Assembly (NCBI RefSeq): GCF_030028105.1
Contig: NC_092391.1
Span: 15,597,223 to 15,661,222 of the forward strand
From: Mobula birostris
Lineage: Eukaryota
Length of the DNA stretch: 64,000 nt
Direction: 5' to 3'
Under the pieces are notes generated by a model. It was given only the letters and a program-made list of their open reading frames with translations. It searched no databases and was not told the origin of the DNA. The position numbers and the translations under genes are program-made. The first letter of the stretch is position 1; the number at the start of each line of letters is the position of its first letter. This document shows positions 25,435 to 37,689 of the stretch, piece after piece.

Positions 25435-27676
25435 CGTAGAAAAGTACAGCACAGAAACAGGCCCTTTGGTCCATCTAGTTGTGCCAAACCATTTAAATTA
25501 CCTACTCCCATCGACCATAGGCCTCCATACTCCTACCATCCATGTACCAATCCAAACTTCCCTTAAACATTGAAATCGAGCTCACATGCACCACTTGTGC
25601 TGACAGCTCATTCCACACACTTACGACTCTCTGAGTGAAGAAGTTTTCCCCTCAATTTCCCTTAAACTTTTCACCTTTCACTCTTAACCCATGACCCCTA
25701 GTCGTAGTCCCACCCAACCTCAGTGGGAAAAGCCTGCTTGCATTTACACTATCTATACCCCTCATAATTTTGTATATCAAATCTCTTCTCAATCTTCGAT
25801 GTTCCAAGGAATGAAGTCCCAACCTATTCAAACTTTCCTTATAACTCATCTCCTCCAGACCCAACAATATCCTTGTAATTTTTTCTGTACTCTTTCAATC
25901 TTATTTATATCTTTCTTGTAGGTAGGTGACCAAAACTCCACACGATACTCCAAATTATGCATCACCAACATTTTATACAACTTCAACATAACGTCCTATC
26001 TCCTGTACTCAACATTTTGATTTATGAAGGCTAATGTGTCAAGAGCTTTCTTTACAACCCTATCTACCTGTGATACCACTTTCAATGAATTACGGACCTG
26101 TATTCCTAGATCCCTTTGTTCTATGGCACTGCTCAGTGCCCGACTGTTCACTGTGTAAAACCTACCCAGGTTGGTCCTATCAAAGTGCAACACCTTGCTC
26201 TTGTCTGCTTTAAGGTCCATCTGCTATTTTTCAGCCCATTTTTTCAGCTGGTTCAGATACCTCTGCAAGCTCTGATAGTCTTCCTTTGATACCCCCAATC
26301 TTGGGGTCATCCGCAAATTTGCTCATCCAGTTAAATACAATATCATCCAGTTCATTGATATAGATAATGGATCCAGCACCAATCCCTGAGGCACTCCACT
26401 AGTTGCAGACCTCCAGTCAGAGAGGCAATCATCTACTACCACTCTCTGAATCCTCCCACAAACGGGGGGAGGAGGGGGGGATATCGAATCAGACCATGAG
26501 AGGCCTGCGTCGGGCATTTTCATGCCTTACAAGGTGCAGATTGGAAGTCTGTGTGGGGCGCCACTCCTTGCACAGACACTAGAGCAATGTGTGATTAAGT
26601 GCCTTGCTCAAGGGCACAAACACACTGCCACAGCTGAGGCTCGAACTAGCGACCTTGAGATCACTAGACGAACGCCTTAACCACTTGGCCATGTGCCCAA
26701 CACTGAAGCCAACATCTAATTCAATTTCCTACCTCAACTGAACCTTCTTGACCAACCTCCTGCGGAGGACCTTATCAAAGGCCTTGCTAAAGTCCATGCA
26801 GACAACATCCACTGCCTTGCCTTCATCAGTTTTTCTGGTAACTTCTTCAAAAAACTCTATAATCTGCATAGGGTCCATGAAGTTGATGCTAATTTGCCTC
26901 GCCTCACTTCTGAGTAAGTACAGATGCAAAATAAATCCACTTAAATTCTCCCCATCTCTTTTGGCTCATGGATTGTGCATGGATTACCATTTTGATCTTC
27001 CGGAGGATCTATTTTGTCCCTTGCAATCCTTTCGTTCTTAGCATATCTAGAATCCCTTAGGACTCTCCTTCAGCTTGTCTGCTAGAGCAACCTCATGCCT
27101 TCTTTTAACCCTCCTGATTTCCTGCATTTCTTATACTCCATAAGTACCTCATTTGTTCACCTGCCTATACCTGCTATGCACCTCTTTTTTTCCTTAACCA
27201 GGGCCTCAATATCTCTTGGAAACCAAGTTTCTGTAAACCTGTTATTGTTACCTTTTATTCTGACAGGTACATACAGGCTTTGTACTCTCAAAATTGCACT
27301 TTTGAAGGCCTCCCACTTACCAAGTACACCTTTGCCAGAAAACAGCCTGTCCCAATCCCCACTTGCCAGATCCTTTCTTATACCATCAAAATTAGCCTTT
27401 CTCCAATTTGGAATGTCACCCCACGGACCAGACCTGTCCTTTTCCATATTTACTATGAAACTAATAGCATTGTGATTACTAGGTGCAAAGTGTTCACCTA
27501 CACAAACTCCTGTCACCTGCCCTGTCTCATTCCCTAACAGCAGATCAAGTACCACATTCTTTTTTGTTGGGACTTCCATGTCCTGATTAAGGAAACTTTC
27601 CTGAACATATTTGACAAATTCTATCCCATCTAGTTCTTTTACAGTTTGGGAGTCCCAGTCAATATGTGGAAAGACC
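25435..27676 (-). mobile_element. CR1, internally deleted (APE C-terminal part joined to RT and 3' end)
   Basis: FPHIDWD..SFLNQ..LDLLLGN, VCMDFSKAFDKV, SGVPQGLVL and TTTRGHGLRV motifs. Confidence 0.85.
26464..26700 (-). mobile_element. tRNA-derived SINE with CORE-like segment, nested in CR1
   Basis: A box TGGCCAAGTGG, B box GTTCGAGCC, gtgcccttgagcaaggcactt CORE-like motif and a C-rich tail. Confidence 0.75.
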
Positions 27677-28451
27677 AACTCCTGCTTCCATTTCAGATTT
27701 TCTTAATACTGAACTGATTACAAGGCTACTGCAATACTCTACAAGCCATTTCTTTTAGTTCTGAATAACTGTAAATTATTCTCCACTGTCTCACTGCCAG
27801 AACTGAAGTCACACTCTTGATAGAATAAGCTTTTTCTGACAATTTTCTTGCTTCTGGGTCGTTGGGTATAACGTGCAGTAAATGTGCCAATCTAATGCAA
27901 GATAATCCCTGTAATTGTGAATGAGGAAGGGTAGTAACGATTACCTTTATTTGTCACAAGTACATCAAAACATACAATGAAGTGTTTCGTTGGTGTAAAT
28001 GATCAAGGATTGTGCTGAAGGCACCCCACAAGTGTCGCCATTCTTCTGACGCCAACCTATCGTGGCCAAAAGTTACTAACCTTAACTCATTCATCTTTGG
28101 AAACAGGAGTACCTGGGTGAAACCCCCATGATCACGGGAGAGCGTACAAACTCCTTACAGACAGCAGTGGGAACTGAACCCCAACTCATTTTGCTGGTCG
28201 AAAGCCACTTCTGTGTGTCGATTGTGATGGGTCAGTTTAAAAACTGCAGCTGCTCTTCCCATTGGTTGGTTTGCGTGCCATGGCACCCAGCGTCCGGTTT
28301 CAAACCCCTCGAGGGTGTAAAGAGTAGGAAGTGTGAGAGATCTCTCTCTTTCCCTTTGTCCTGGAACCTTTGGGAAGATATGCTCCACGCGCACATTTAA
28401 CTAACTATCCTGTTTGTTGAATATTCAGTTCTGTAACTTGGGAGAACTTGG

Positions 28452-29107
28452 AAGATGGCGGCACGACGCAGCTCACAGTGGCCACTCCGGTGGTGATGTC
28501 TGTTATCTGTCAAGTAGGGTGCCGTGCACAATCCTGATTTGATAGAGGTGGATGTGAGAGCACGGAGGAACATCTGGTGAAACTTCTGAAATGCCTGCTT
28601 CGCTGCCGCTGCTACTGTGTGGTCCAGAATCTCCGGAGGGGAAGACCCCGAGTCCTCGGCTTTGCTTGTTGCTCGGCAGATGGGGCGGGGTCGAAGTGCT
28701 GGGCAGAGGATGGCGCTCAGTGCTCGGTGTCGGAGGGCTGGTCGGATGCTCCAAGTTTTTGGACGGACTCAGAGTCCGCTGCGGTTGGGTGCTGCATCGG
28801 CAAGTTTGCAGCGCTTGGAGGTTTGTGGCAGGGAGAGTTTCTCCCTTCTACCGTCTGCGTGAGATGATGAGGCTATTAGGTCTTTGAGACTTTTTTTTAC
28901 CGTGCCTATCGTCTGCTCTTTATCAAATTACGGTATTGCTTTGCACTGTTGTAACTATATGTTATAATTATGTGGTTTTGTAAGTTTTAGTCTTGGTTTG
29001 TCTTGTATTTCTGTGATATCATTCTGGAGGAACATTGTATCATTTTTTAATGCATGCATTTCTAAATGACAATAAACGAGGACTGAGTGTCCTCATAATC
29101 TAATCTA
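28452..29107 (+). mobile_element. (TAATC)-tail non-autonomous element, copy 3 (full length)
   Basis: aagatggcggc start, CpG-rich body, AATAAA, GAGGAC-TGAGT-GTCCTC hairpin and taatctaatcta tail. Confidence 0.87.
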
Positions 29108-30134
29108 AAACTTAAATGTTTAGCCAAATTCTTTTTTACTGTTTGTAAATACAGTAAAATATACTTACTCACATTCGGTGTTTTCTGACTCACTCACTAA
29201 ACCTGTGAGCCTGTTTCTACATTACAGTGTTGTAAAGCTATGCTAATGTTTTACCAAAAGGCATTGCTTTGGAAATAGTGTATTGAACTAGATAGTCAAT
29301 TATAAGCCTTGTAATGTCAAATACAAATGATGACTTGATGGGTTTAAAAAGGAGGCAAATTTGTGCCCAAGTTTAGAGATGAGTTTCAGATGGTTAAGGA
29401 CAAGAATCCTAACAAATCACAACCTGGGAAATTTCACAAAGTTTTCCCTATTGTATAGTAATTATAAATGCATGGAAGAACTGCAATTCAATTAACTAAG
29501 GAATATGTTACTGAGACAGAACAACTATGGTTTGTAAACAGTTGAGAGTGAGCTAAGTGCGAGGATTTGTTTCGAGAGTGTGGGTGAGTGATGAAAAGCA
29601 TCTACCAAAGCTTTTTAAAAAATTATGGGTATATTCTATAGAATATAGTATTTGTCACCAAAAGTAACTATAAAATAACGTGGAAGACCCAGCAAGGAAA
29701 CCGAGGATGGGAGAGAGGCCTCACTGTAATGGAGGTCTGGATTAACTCCCTGGTTAGTACTTGGGACAATCGAGTGGAGTATCAGAAAACTGGCCAGCTG
29801 ATTGCCTGATCTGCTTTAGTAAATATGTACTTGACATGGCCACGTTGACACCTTGCATGTAACAATGACTATAATTTGTTAAGTCATAAGTCACCTTCAT
29901 AAATGGACATTGCTTATTCACAAGTTTTTATTTTAAATTTCATAAGTGAATTCTTCTGACTTAATCTGGGGATATTGACTGCGGAAGTGGTTTGCACAGA
30001 AAATGGCCACACAAGTGTGAAATAAGGTGGAAAGCAGGGTTGATAGCTGGGCTTTAACTTACCCCGGGTAAGCAGGGAGAAACTGTTTCATCAAGAAATT
30101 GGAGAAGATGGTTCTCAGACATACACCCTGTTCT

Positions 30135-30605
30135 CTTTTATTTTATAGAGGGATACAGCACGATTAATGCTCTGCCCCAGAAGGCAGTGGAGGCCAAGTC
30201 TCTGGACGTGTTCAAGAAAGAGATGGATAGAGCTCTTAAAGATAGCGGAATCAAAGGTTATGGGGATAAGGCAGGAACTGGATACTGATTATGGATGATC
30301 AGCCATGATCACAGTGAATGGTGGTGCTGGCTTGAAGGGCCGAATGGCCTACTCCTGCACCTATTGTCTATTGTCTATTGATTACAGGCCCTTCTGGCCC
30401 AGTGAGTCTGTGCTGCCCACTTACACCCGCGTGATCAATTAGCCTACTAACTGGTATGACTTTGGAATGTGGGAGGAAACCAGGGCATCCGGAGGAAACC
30501 CACATAGTCACAGGGAGAACGTACAAACTCCTTATGGACAGCAGAGGAATTGAACCTGGGTCACTGGTGCTGTAAGAGTGTTACACTAACCGCTATGATA
30601 TCATC
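30135..30605 (-). mobile_element. HE1/V-type SINE with a plus-strand CR1 3' fragment (30167-30379) inserted in its tail
   Basis: B-box-like ggttcaattcc and V-domain. The CR1 piece has a (CTATTGT)n tail and TSD gatta at 30162-30166 and 30380-30384. Confidence 0.75.
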
Positions 30606-30894
30606 CTTATATCCACCATTGCTTGTGTATATAATTTCATTATTTAACTCAGAAACACTATAATTTTAAGAATTGGTTCCAAGTTCTGTGGTACATGGTA
30701 TTATGGAAGAGTTAAACCTGTTCTGTGAGATTTACTGGTCTGCAGATGAGAAAGTCACGTAGCGATTACATTGACTTTTACAAGGAGAATTAAATTCAAC
30801 TTATTAATCCATCTGGTAGCCTTCACAAAAGCTGTTTATCACATGCTAAACTGAAGCTGCTGTACTGTGGAAAGGCAAGTTATTCAAACATAAT

Positions 30895-31110
30895 AAGACC
30901 ATAACACATAGCAGCAGAATTAGGCCATTCAACCTATTGAGTCTGCACCTCTATTCTACCTTGGCTGATTTATTATCCCTCTCAATCTTTTTACCCTGTA
31001 ACATTTGATGTCCTTACTAATCACAAACCTATCAAGCACTGCCTTAAATATACCCAATGACTTTGCCTTCACAGCCGTCAGTGACAATAAATTCCATCGA
31101 TTCAAAACTC
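30895..31110 (-). mobile_element. CR1 3' UTR fragment
   Basis: agaccataa..gcagaattaggccattc pattern, same family as 48690, 53587, 56410 and 63415. Confidence 0.7.
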
Positions 31111-31520
31111 AGCCTTCTATGTGAAAATACATTTGTTCAGAATTTCTAGCAATTCTTCATCAATTCTATCTAGTATTTTCCCAGCCTAGGGTATTTTTAA
31201 TTATGCTCAGTTTAATCTTTTTTCCTCCTTTTCCTCTGTTCCTGTTGGATCACACAGTTTCATGACTGCACGGGGTGATTTAATAAAGTCATGACATATA
31301 CTTGCTGTTCAAACAGAATAACAAATGGAGCGATTTTGCATCAACGACCTTTCTGCTTTGACTTCCCTACATCATTTGGACTGGTCATTATTGGTTTCTC
31401 CACTGGACTGGCATTCTTGGTCTCATTTCTTCACACAGTATCTTCCTATCAGATGGCTGACCCTATGAGAAAGGCTAAAGTAAGAGTGGTTGCCAATGCA
31501 TCAGTTGCTTACTGTGAAAT

Positions 31521-31946
31521 CTTCTCTGTGGATTGTCACCTTGTCGTAGTGGAGAAGCTTGTGTGGTCCTGTGATCCCGAGAGCAATGCTGTCTGGAGCT
31601 ATGCTCCTGGTAGGGTCACCCATGGCGGTAAGGTCGAGGGTGAGGTCCCTGACAAAGAACAATCCAACCAAGACCTCAACGGTGGAACAGGCGAATGAAG
31701 TTACTTCGAACTCAACGGCTGTGAAGGCAGATGAAGTCTGCAACAAATCCATCAGCTCCAACCGTCGTGGTTTCCATGCCATTGGAATCAGTTGGTTGAT
31801 TTGTGAAGTATCGTGTGCCTCTCGGAGTGCAACATCAAGTACACGTTAAACAAATACACGCACAGGCGTCTTCACTCTGTGGGCCACTCCTTCAGAACGA
31901 AGACCATCATCCTCAACCTCGAGGGATAGCCACGACGACGACAACG
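31521..31946 (+). mobile_element. RTE (Rex3/Expander-like) non-autonomous element with 10-bp TSD
   Basis: 5' ttgtcaccttgtcgtagtggag...tatgctcctggtagggtcaccca resembles recalled fish RTE 5' UTRs; (ACG)n tail; TSD actgtgaaat at 31511-31520 and 31947-31956. Confidence 0.72.
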
Positions 31947-31957
31947 ACTGTGAAATA

Positions 31958-32495
31958 CACTCAGTGGCCACCTGATTAGGTTCACCTGTAGACCTTGTTA
32001 ATGCAAATATCTAATCAGCCAATCACCTAGCAGCAGCTCATTGCATATAAGTATTTAAATGTGCTCAAGAGTTTCGGTTGTTGTTCAGACTAAACATCAG
32101 AATGGGGAAGAAATGTGATATAAGTGACATTGATCGTGTTGGTGCCAGATGGGGTGGTTTGAGTATCTCAGAAAATGCTTATCTCCTGGAATTTTCACAC
32201 ACAACAGTCTCAAGAGACTGGTGTGAGAAACAAAAAGCATCCAGTGAGCAGCAGTTGTGTGGGTGAAAACGCCTTGTTAATGAGAGAGGTCAGAGGAGAA
32301 TGGCCAGACTGGTTCAAGCTGACAGGAAGGTGACAGTAACTCAAATAGCCGCGTGTTACAACAGTGACGTGCATACAATACCTAAAATGTTGAACCTTGT
32401 AGTGAATGGGAGGCAGCAGCGAAAACCAAAAACACAGACACTCAGAGGCTACTTTATTAGGTACGGGAGGTGTCAAACAAAGTGGCCAATGAGTG
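31958..32495 (+). mobile_element. Tc1 family A copy 3
   Basis: TA|cactcagtggccac ... agtggccaatgagtg|TA; MGKKCDISDIDR..GLSISENA..HTTVSR remnant. Confidence 0.85.
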
Positions 32496-33169
32496 TAATA
32501 GTTCATAACAGAATGTTAAAAACTGGCGACAGCTGTAAGGAGACATTGTTCTTCTCCATCACACCATCTGGCTCTTGATGTGAGATTTGATTTCTATTAA
32601 GCTATCTCATTATTTGTTGCATTGTTCTTGAACACTGGCTTAAGAAATCCATTCATCATTTTTGATACATCAGTGTTTTCTTGCCCTTTCTTAAGTGAAA
32701 TTCTTAACTTCATCATGTAAAAATATATACCTTTTAATGAGGTTCACACTCTGAGGTAAGTGGTGCTTGGAGAAAGATACAGGGAACTCCGAAAACCAGT
32801 GCAATCAGACTAGCAGGGGATTGTTGGATTATTTTTTCCAATTAATGCCTCGAACACTTTTTAATTTGCTTTCTTTATTTGTCACATGGAACCCAGCAGG
32901 TGTGAAGGGAGTGCTGGAATCGTGGCCATCATCAATTCAAGGGGAGCTTGGTAAGTGGGGCTCCAGTGAGTTGAAGGGAGTGCAGGAAGCATTGTCTAGT
33001 GAGCCAGATGCCAGAGCCATTGGAGTCCCGAATAGACGGATAGTGGATTATCAGAGTTTTACTGAAGCTCTTCTTTGAGACCGGTAATTAGCCGTTGTCT
33101 TTGCATGACCTCCAGATTTTATGTCCTTTGCCGTCATTGTCAGGATGGGATCTTGCCACCATTGATTTG

Positions 33170-34083
33170 GAGGGCTGCCACAAGAAAGCAGCATCCATCA
33201 TCAAAGGCTACTGTGTGATCGAGAATCTCCGGAGGGGAAGGCCCCAAATCTTCGGCTTTGCCTATTGCCTGTTGCCGGGGCCGGGGTCGAAGCGCTTGGC
33301 AGAGATGGTGCTCGGTGCTCGGTGTCGGAGGCTCGAAGTTTTTGGACAGAGTCAAGAGTCGGCTGTGGTTGGGTGCTTCCAGGGTGCTGCATCGGCAAGT
33401 TTGCAGCGCTGGAGGTTCATGGCAGGGACAGTTTTTCTTCCTTCTACCGTCTGCGTGAGATGATGGGACTTTCAAGAGACTTTGAGACATTGTTTACCGT
33501 GCCCATGGTCTGTTCTTTATCAAATTACGGTATTGCTTTGCACTGTTGTAACTATATGTTATAATTATGTGGTTTTTGTCAGTTTTTCAGTCTTGGTTTG
33601 TCTTGTGTTTCTGTGATATCATTCTGGAGGAACATTGTATCATTTCTTAATGCATGCATTACTAAATGACAATAAAAGAGGACTGCATGTCTTCATAATC
33701 TGATCCAGGCCATGCTCTCTTCTCACTGCTATCATCAGACAGGAGGTACAGGAGCCTTGGGTCCCTCACCACCAGGTTCAGGAACAGTTATCACCCTACA
33801 GAATCAGTATGGATAACTTCATTCACCACAACTGAACTCTTTGATCAACACACTCACTTTCAAGGACTCTTTACAACTCATGGTCACTGCATTATTTTTA
33901 TTTGCACAATTTGTCTTTTGCACATTAATTGCTTGTCAGTCTTTGTCTATTTATGAACAGATTCTTGGAAAATTAAATTGCATTTATTTTCTTCCTCTAA
34001 ATGCCTGCAAGAAAATAAACCTCAGAGAAGTAAATGGTAACATAAACGTACTTTGATAATAAGTTTACTTTGTACTTTGAACT
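33170..34083 (+). mobile_element. Rex-Babar 3' end interrupted by 5'-truncated (TAATC)-tail element copy 4 (33207-33701)
   Basis: CHKKAASIIK breaks at 33206 and resumes at PGHALFSLL (about 33704); (ACTTTG)n tail. Confidence 0.78.
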
Positions 34084-36086
34084 CTGTTCTGTGCACCTCT
34101 ATGACATGTAGCTAATTAGCACTGTGGACATCTTAAAGTTTCAGTGCATGACCTGCAAATGCAGGTTCAAATTAACCTCTTATAACACTTTCTTTCAGGC
34201 ACTGTTGCTTACTGTCAACTGCAGTAACAGACTAAGAAGAAAGCAGAGCTGTATGGTGCAACAGTTACTGGATGTGCAATAAATATATTAATGTCTCTTC
34301 TCAATTCTTCTAATGCAAATGGAAGTCAAGAACAAAGTACGCGATGAAAGGAGGGATGTGAGTGTAACTGTACCAGAGTCTGTATCGGAAGACAAATGAA
34401 TGAGTTTCATACTCAGACATGAGACATACATTTGTTTACCATCAAGCATTTGAACACCTTGCTGGTAATCGTGGCAAATACACATGAAATTCAGTGCAAA
34501 AGATTCATCTCTCTTACTCTCCATAGAAGGAAAGGTATTCACTCACTATTCCGAAGGTGGGATGTCTCTTTGCCTCTGAAGTTTATCAGAGAATTTCTCA
34601 CCAACACAATACTTCTTTGGTTTTTTCTTTAATAAAAGCTCTGCTACTGCCAGGCAGCTGCTGTCCAAACGTCCTCCCATTCCACTAACTTTCACATCTG
34701 CAGGTTCCATTTTTACATGTCCATTAGTCAATTCTGTGCAGAAGTCAGAAAATCACTCAATGATAATCACAACCCCATGGTATTGTAATCAACAGCGTCA
34801 ACGGGCCAAAAGAATGACAACTACAGGACACGAGGAGAAAGAGGGGGGAATTCAACCCTGATGTTCGTAGGAATGAATGTATGTCCATGCGTTGGACTTT
34901 TGAATTTAATAGTATTATGGGACCTTGTTGGTTTATAGGAGTATAAGTCAGGCATCTGCAACACGTTTGACATAATCACTAGCAAGATATTCAAACGTCT
35001 GATGATGTACTGTCTCAGTACTTTTATGTTTGTGTGCTGTAGCACTTTTTATTCGCAGTTATTTTGTAAATAACACTATTCTTTGCATTTCTGGTCAGAT
35101 GCTAACTGCATTTCATTGGCTTAGTATCTGTACTCGGCACAATACAGTTGAATCTAATCTAAATGCATGTATTATCACCGGATACAAATTACTTAGAGTA
35201 TTTGCATACACTGGGTAATTATTCAGAATACTTTATCGGCATATAATAATACTCACTAGACCCTAATCATGGAGAGCTAACATATTAATAATGAAAGACT
35301 GATATTAAATTGTAAAGTTAAATCAAATGAACGACAAAGTGAAGGTGGTCTTGCTAATCTTAACAGTCACAAAAGTCTTTTAAGGACTGAACCAGCATCA
35401 GGTACAAGTGAATTTAATCCTTGGGTATAGGAAGCATTTTTTTTTAAGTGAAGCACTAGCAGAAGAGACCAATTAAGTCTGACAATTGCCAGGACTTTTA
35501 TACAACTGCTAATTGGCGGCATGTGTAATGTTTGATATGGTTTATTGTTGTTGGAATTAAAGTGAGCTGTGGTCTCTGCTTTAATACAAAAATATTGCTG
35601 TAACAAGATTGGCGTTACATCAAATTCAGTTCTGTTCCTTGAGTAGTGTTATATGCTGCATGTTGACGAGTCTCTGGTTTTGCCGAAATTTTGGTCACAC
35701 AAGCATTGCAGCAGAGCAATTATTAAAGAGGTGGCAGGTTCAGGTTGTGACATATAGAATGAATAAACTACAAGAGTCTGTACTAGTCCTGACTGGATTT
35801 TTAACCTGCAACGTGTGTGAGAACATTGACTCATTAGGTCAGTCTGTACCGTACAGTCCCTGTTGAGGAATTTGTGCCTCTTCTCTATTGTAAGATGATT
35901 AAGAACGAATAAAGATTTAAAGCAAGGTGTATTTATAGAGCTGGGATTATTCTTATTTAAGCCACCTCCTGAGGTTACCTCAGAATTCATATCGTCTGTG
36001 TGATTACAAGAGAATGCTATTAATATATGGTTGGGATTTAGAGAACTGCAGAATCAAAGATCGGGAATTTAAACAAAACTCATTGC

Positions 36087-36570
36087 AACACACACACGAA
36101 ATGCTGGAGGAACTCAGCAGGTCAGGCAGCATCCATGGAGTGTCGATATTTCTGGCCGAGACCCTTCTTCAGAACTGAGAAGGAGGGGGGAAGATGCCAG
36201 AATAAAAAGGAGGGGAAGGGGAAGGAGGCTAGCAAGAAGGTGATAGGTGAAGCCAGGTGGGTGGGAAAAGTCAAAGACTGGAGAAAAAGGAATCTGATAG
36301 AAGAGGATAGTGGACCACAGGAGAAAAGGGAAGGAGAAAGGTAAAGGTCAGAGTGGGGAATAGTGAAAGGTGGGAGGGGGCAGGAAATCTGTTAATCAGA
36401 AGGAGAAATCAATAGTCATGCCATCAGGTTGGAGGCTACCCAGATGGAATGTAAGGTGTTGCTCCTCCACTCATCTTGTCACAAAAGGAGGACATGGGAC
36501 ACTGGAACGAGAACTGGGATTGAAATGTTTGGTCACTGGGAAGTCCCACTTGTGGCAGATGGTGCGGAGG
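36087..36570 (-). mobile_element. Penelope-like element 3' end, decayed
   Basis: Reverse strand gives the LGSLQPDGMTIDFS terminal motif, a purine/pyrimidine-skewed UTR and a degenerate hammerhead (ctgaagaagggtctcggccagaaatatcgac). Confidence 0.7.
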
Positions 36571-37689
36571 TGGAGTGCTGGCCCAGGGGGATGATGGTGA
36601 GGAAGTGCAGGCAGGGATTTGCTGATTTATTCTGCAAGCGGAGACCATTGTAGCCATTCTCTACACCAGGGATTCCCAGCTTTTTTTTTATCCCAGGTTG
36701 GGAACTCCTGCTCTGCACCTTCTCTTTGAGAAAATGCCATGAGCATGCACATTGGGAACCCACTCCACGCCTCAGTTCTGTTGGGATTTGCTATGTAGTG
36801 TTTTTCTTAACCAGGTACAGGATGAGTAGTGATGTGGGTCCATCTGTTTTTGGACACTAAAGGGAAAGCAGAATCTCATTTTCTTTCAATATTGTTGTCC
36901 CCTGTAATGCCAGGAGTTGTCTCTGTTCTGATGGGTGTAGTCTTCTCCCAGCTCTCTTGGCTAATATTTACCACTCACATAACTAGATTACCTGACACTT
37001 ATCACTTCATTGCCTTTGGGAGCTTACTGTGTGGTCAATGGTAGTAGGTTTCCTCCATTACAGTAGTAACTAAACTTCAAAAACAAGTAAAGCTCTTTAA
37101 AATTGCAAAGCACTGAATGGTGATCCATAAATGCAGACTTTTACTTTTCTTCCTGGTCCTTTCCGAGTTGGTTATTTAAGCACCAAATTCATCAGCATTC
37201 ATGGTGACGCTAAATAGTAATGAATCAGTCACACTGACTCTCGCCGAGGTGTCCCCCTTTTCTGGTCTGTGTAGGATCATTGGTGAAACTGTGGATAATT
37301 CCTGCTTCGCATGGAAGTTGCAAGGGTCTTGTCCTTAAAGGTCAACTCTCTATTCCTCTCCATAGAGGCTGCCTGACTGGCTGAGTTCCTGCAGTGCTTT
37401 GTGTGTGTCATTCGTCAAACAGACCTGTGATTCTGTGTATAAAGGGTTGCTCAGGCAGGCACATGATATTGGGCTCAAGGCGACCATGGTGTACAGCACA
37501 GTGAGCTTAGCCAGTGCCTGTTCAAACAGCCAGACACCGTAGTGGAAAAGATGAAGTATAATCTTAATGGGTAAAGTTACTTGGCGGCTGGACAGGATGG
37601 TGGTGTGGGAAGGAAAACTGGTTTCACCCAGGAGTCTTTTTTTGTTGGGTCACTGGTCTCAGCGGGTGAGCAAGTCAACTTCTGTTTGT

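Noticed and set aside
26620-26700. tRNA-like sequence (also about 63030-63105)
   Set aside because: A and B boxes are present, but there is no complete cloverleaf and both run into SINE bodies and tails.
31300-31470. Good minus-strand acceptor (ctttagcctttctcatag) followed by coding-looking sequence
   Set aside because: All three phases hit stops within about 25 codons and there is no strong donor.
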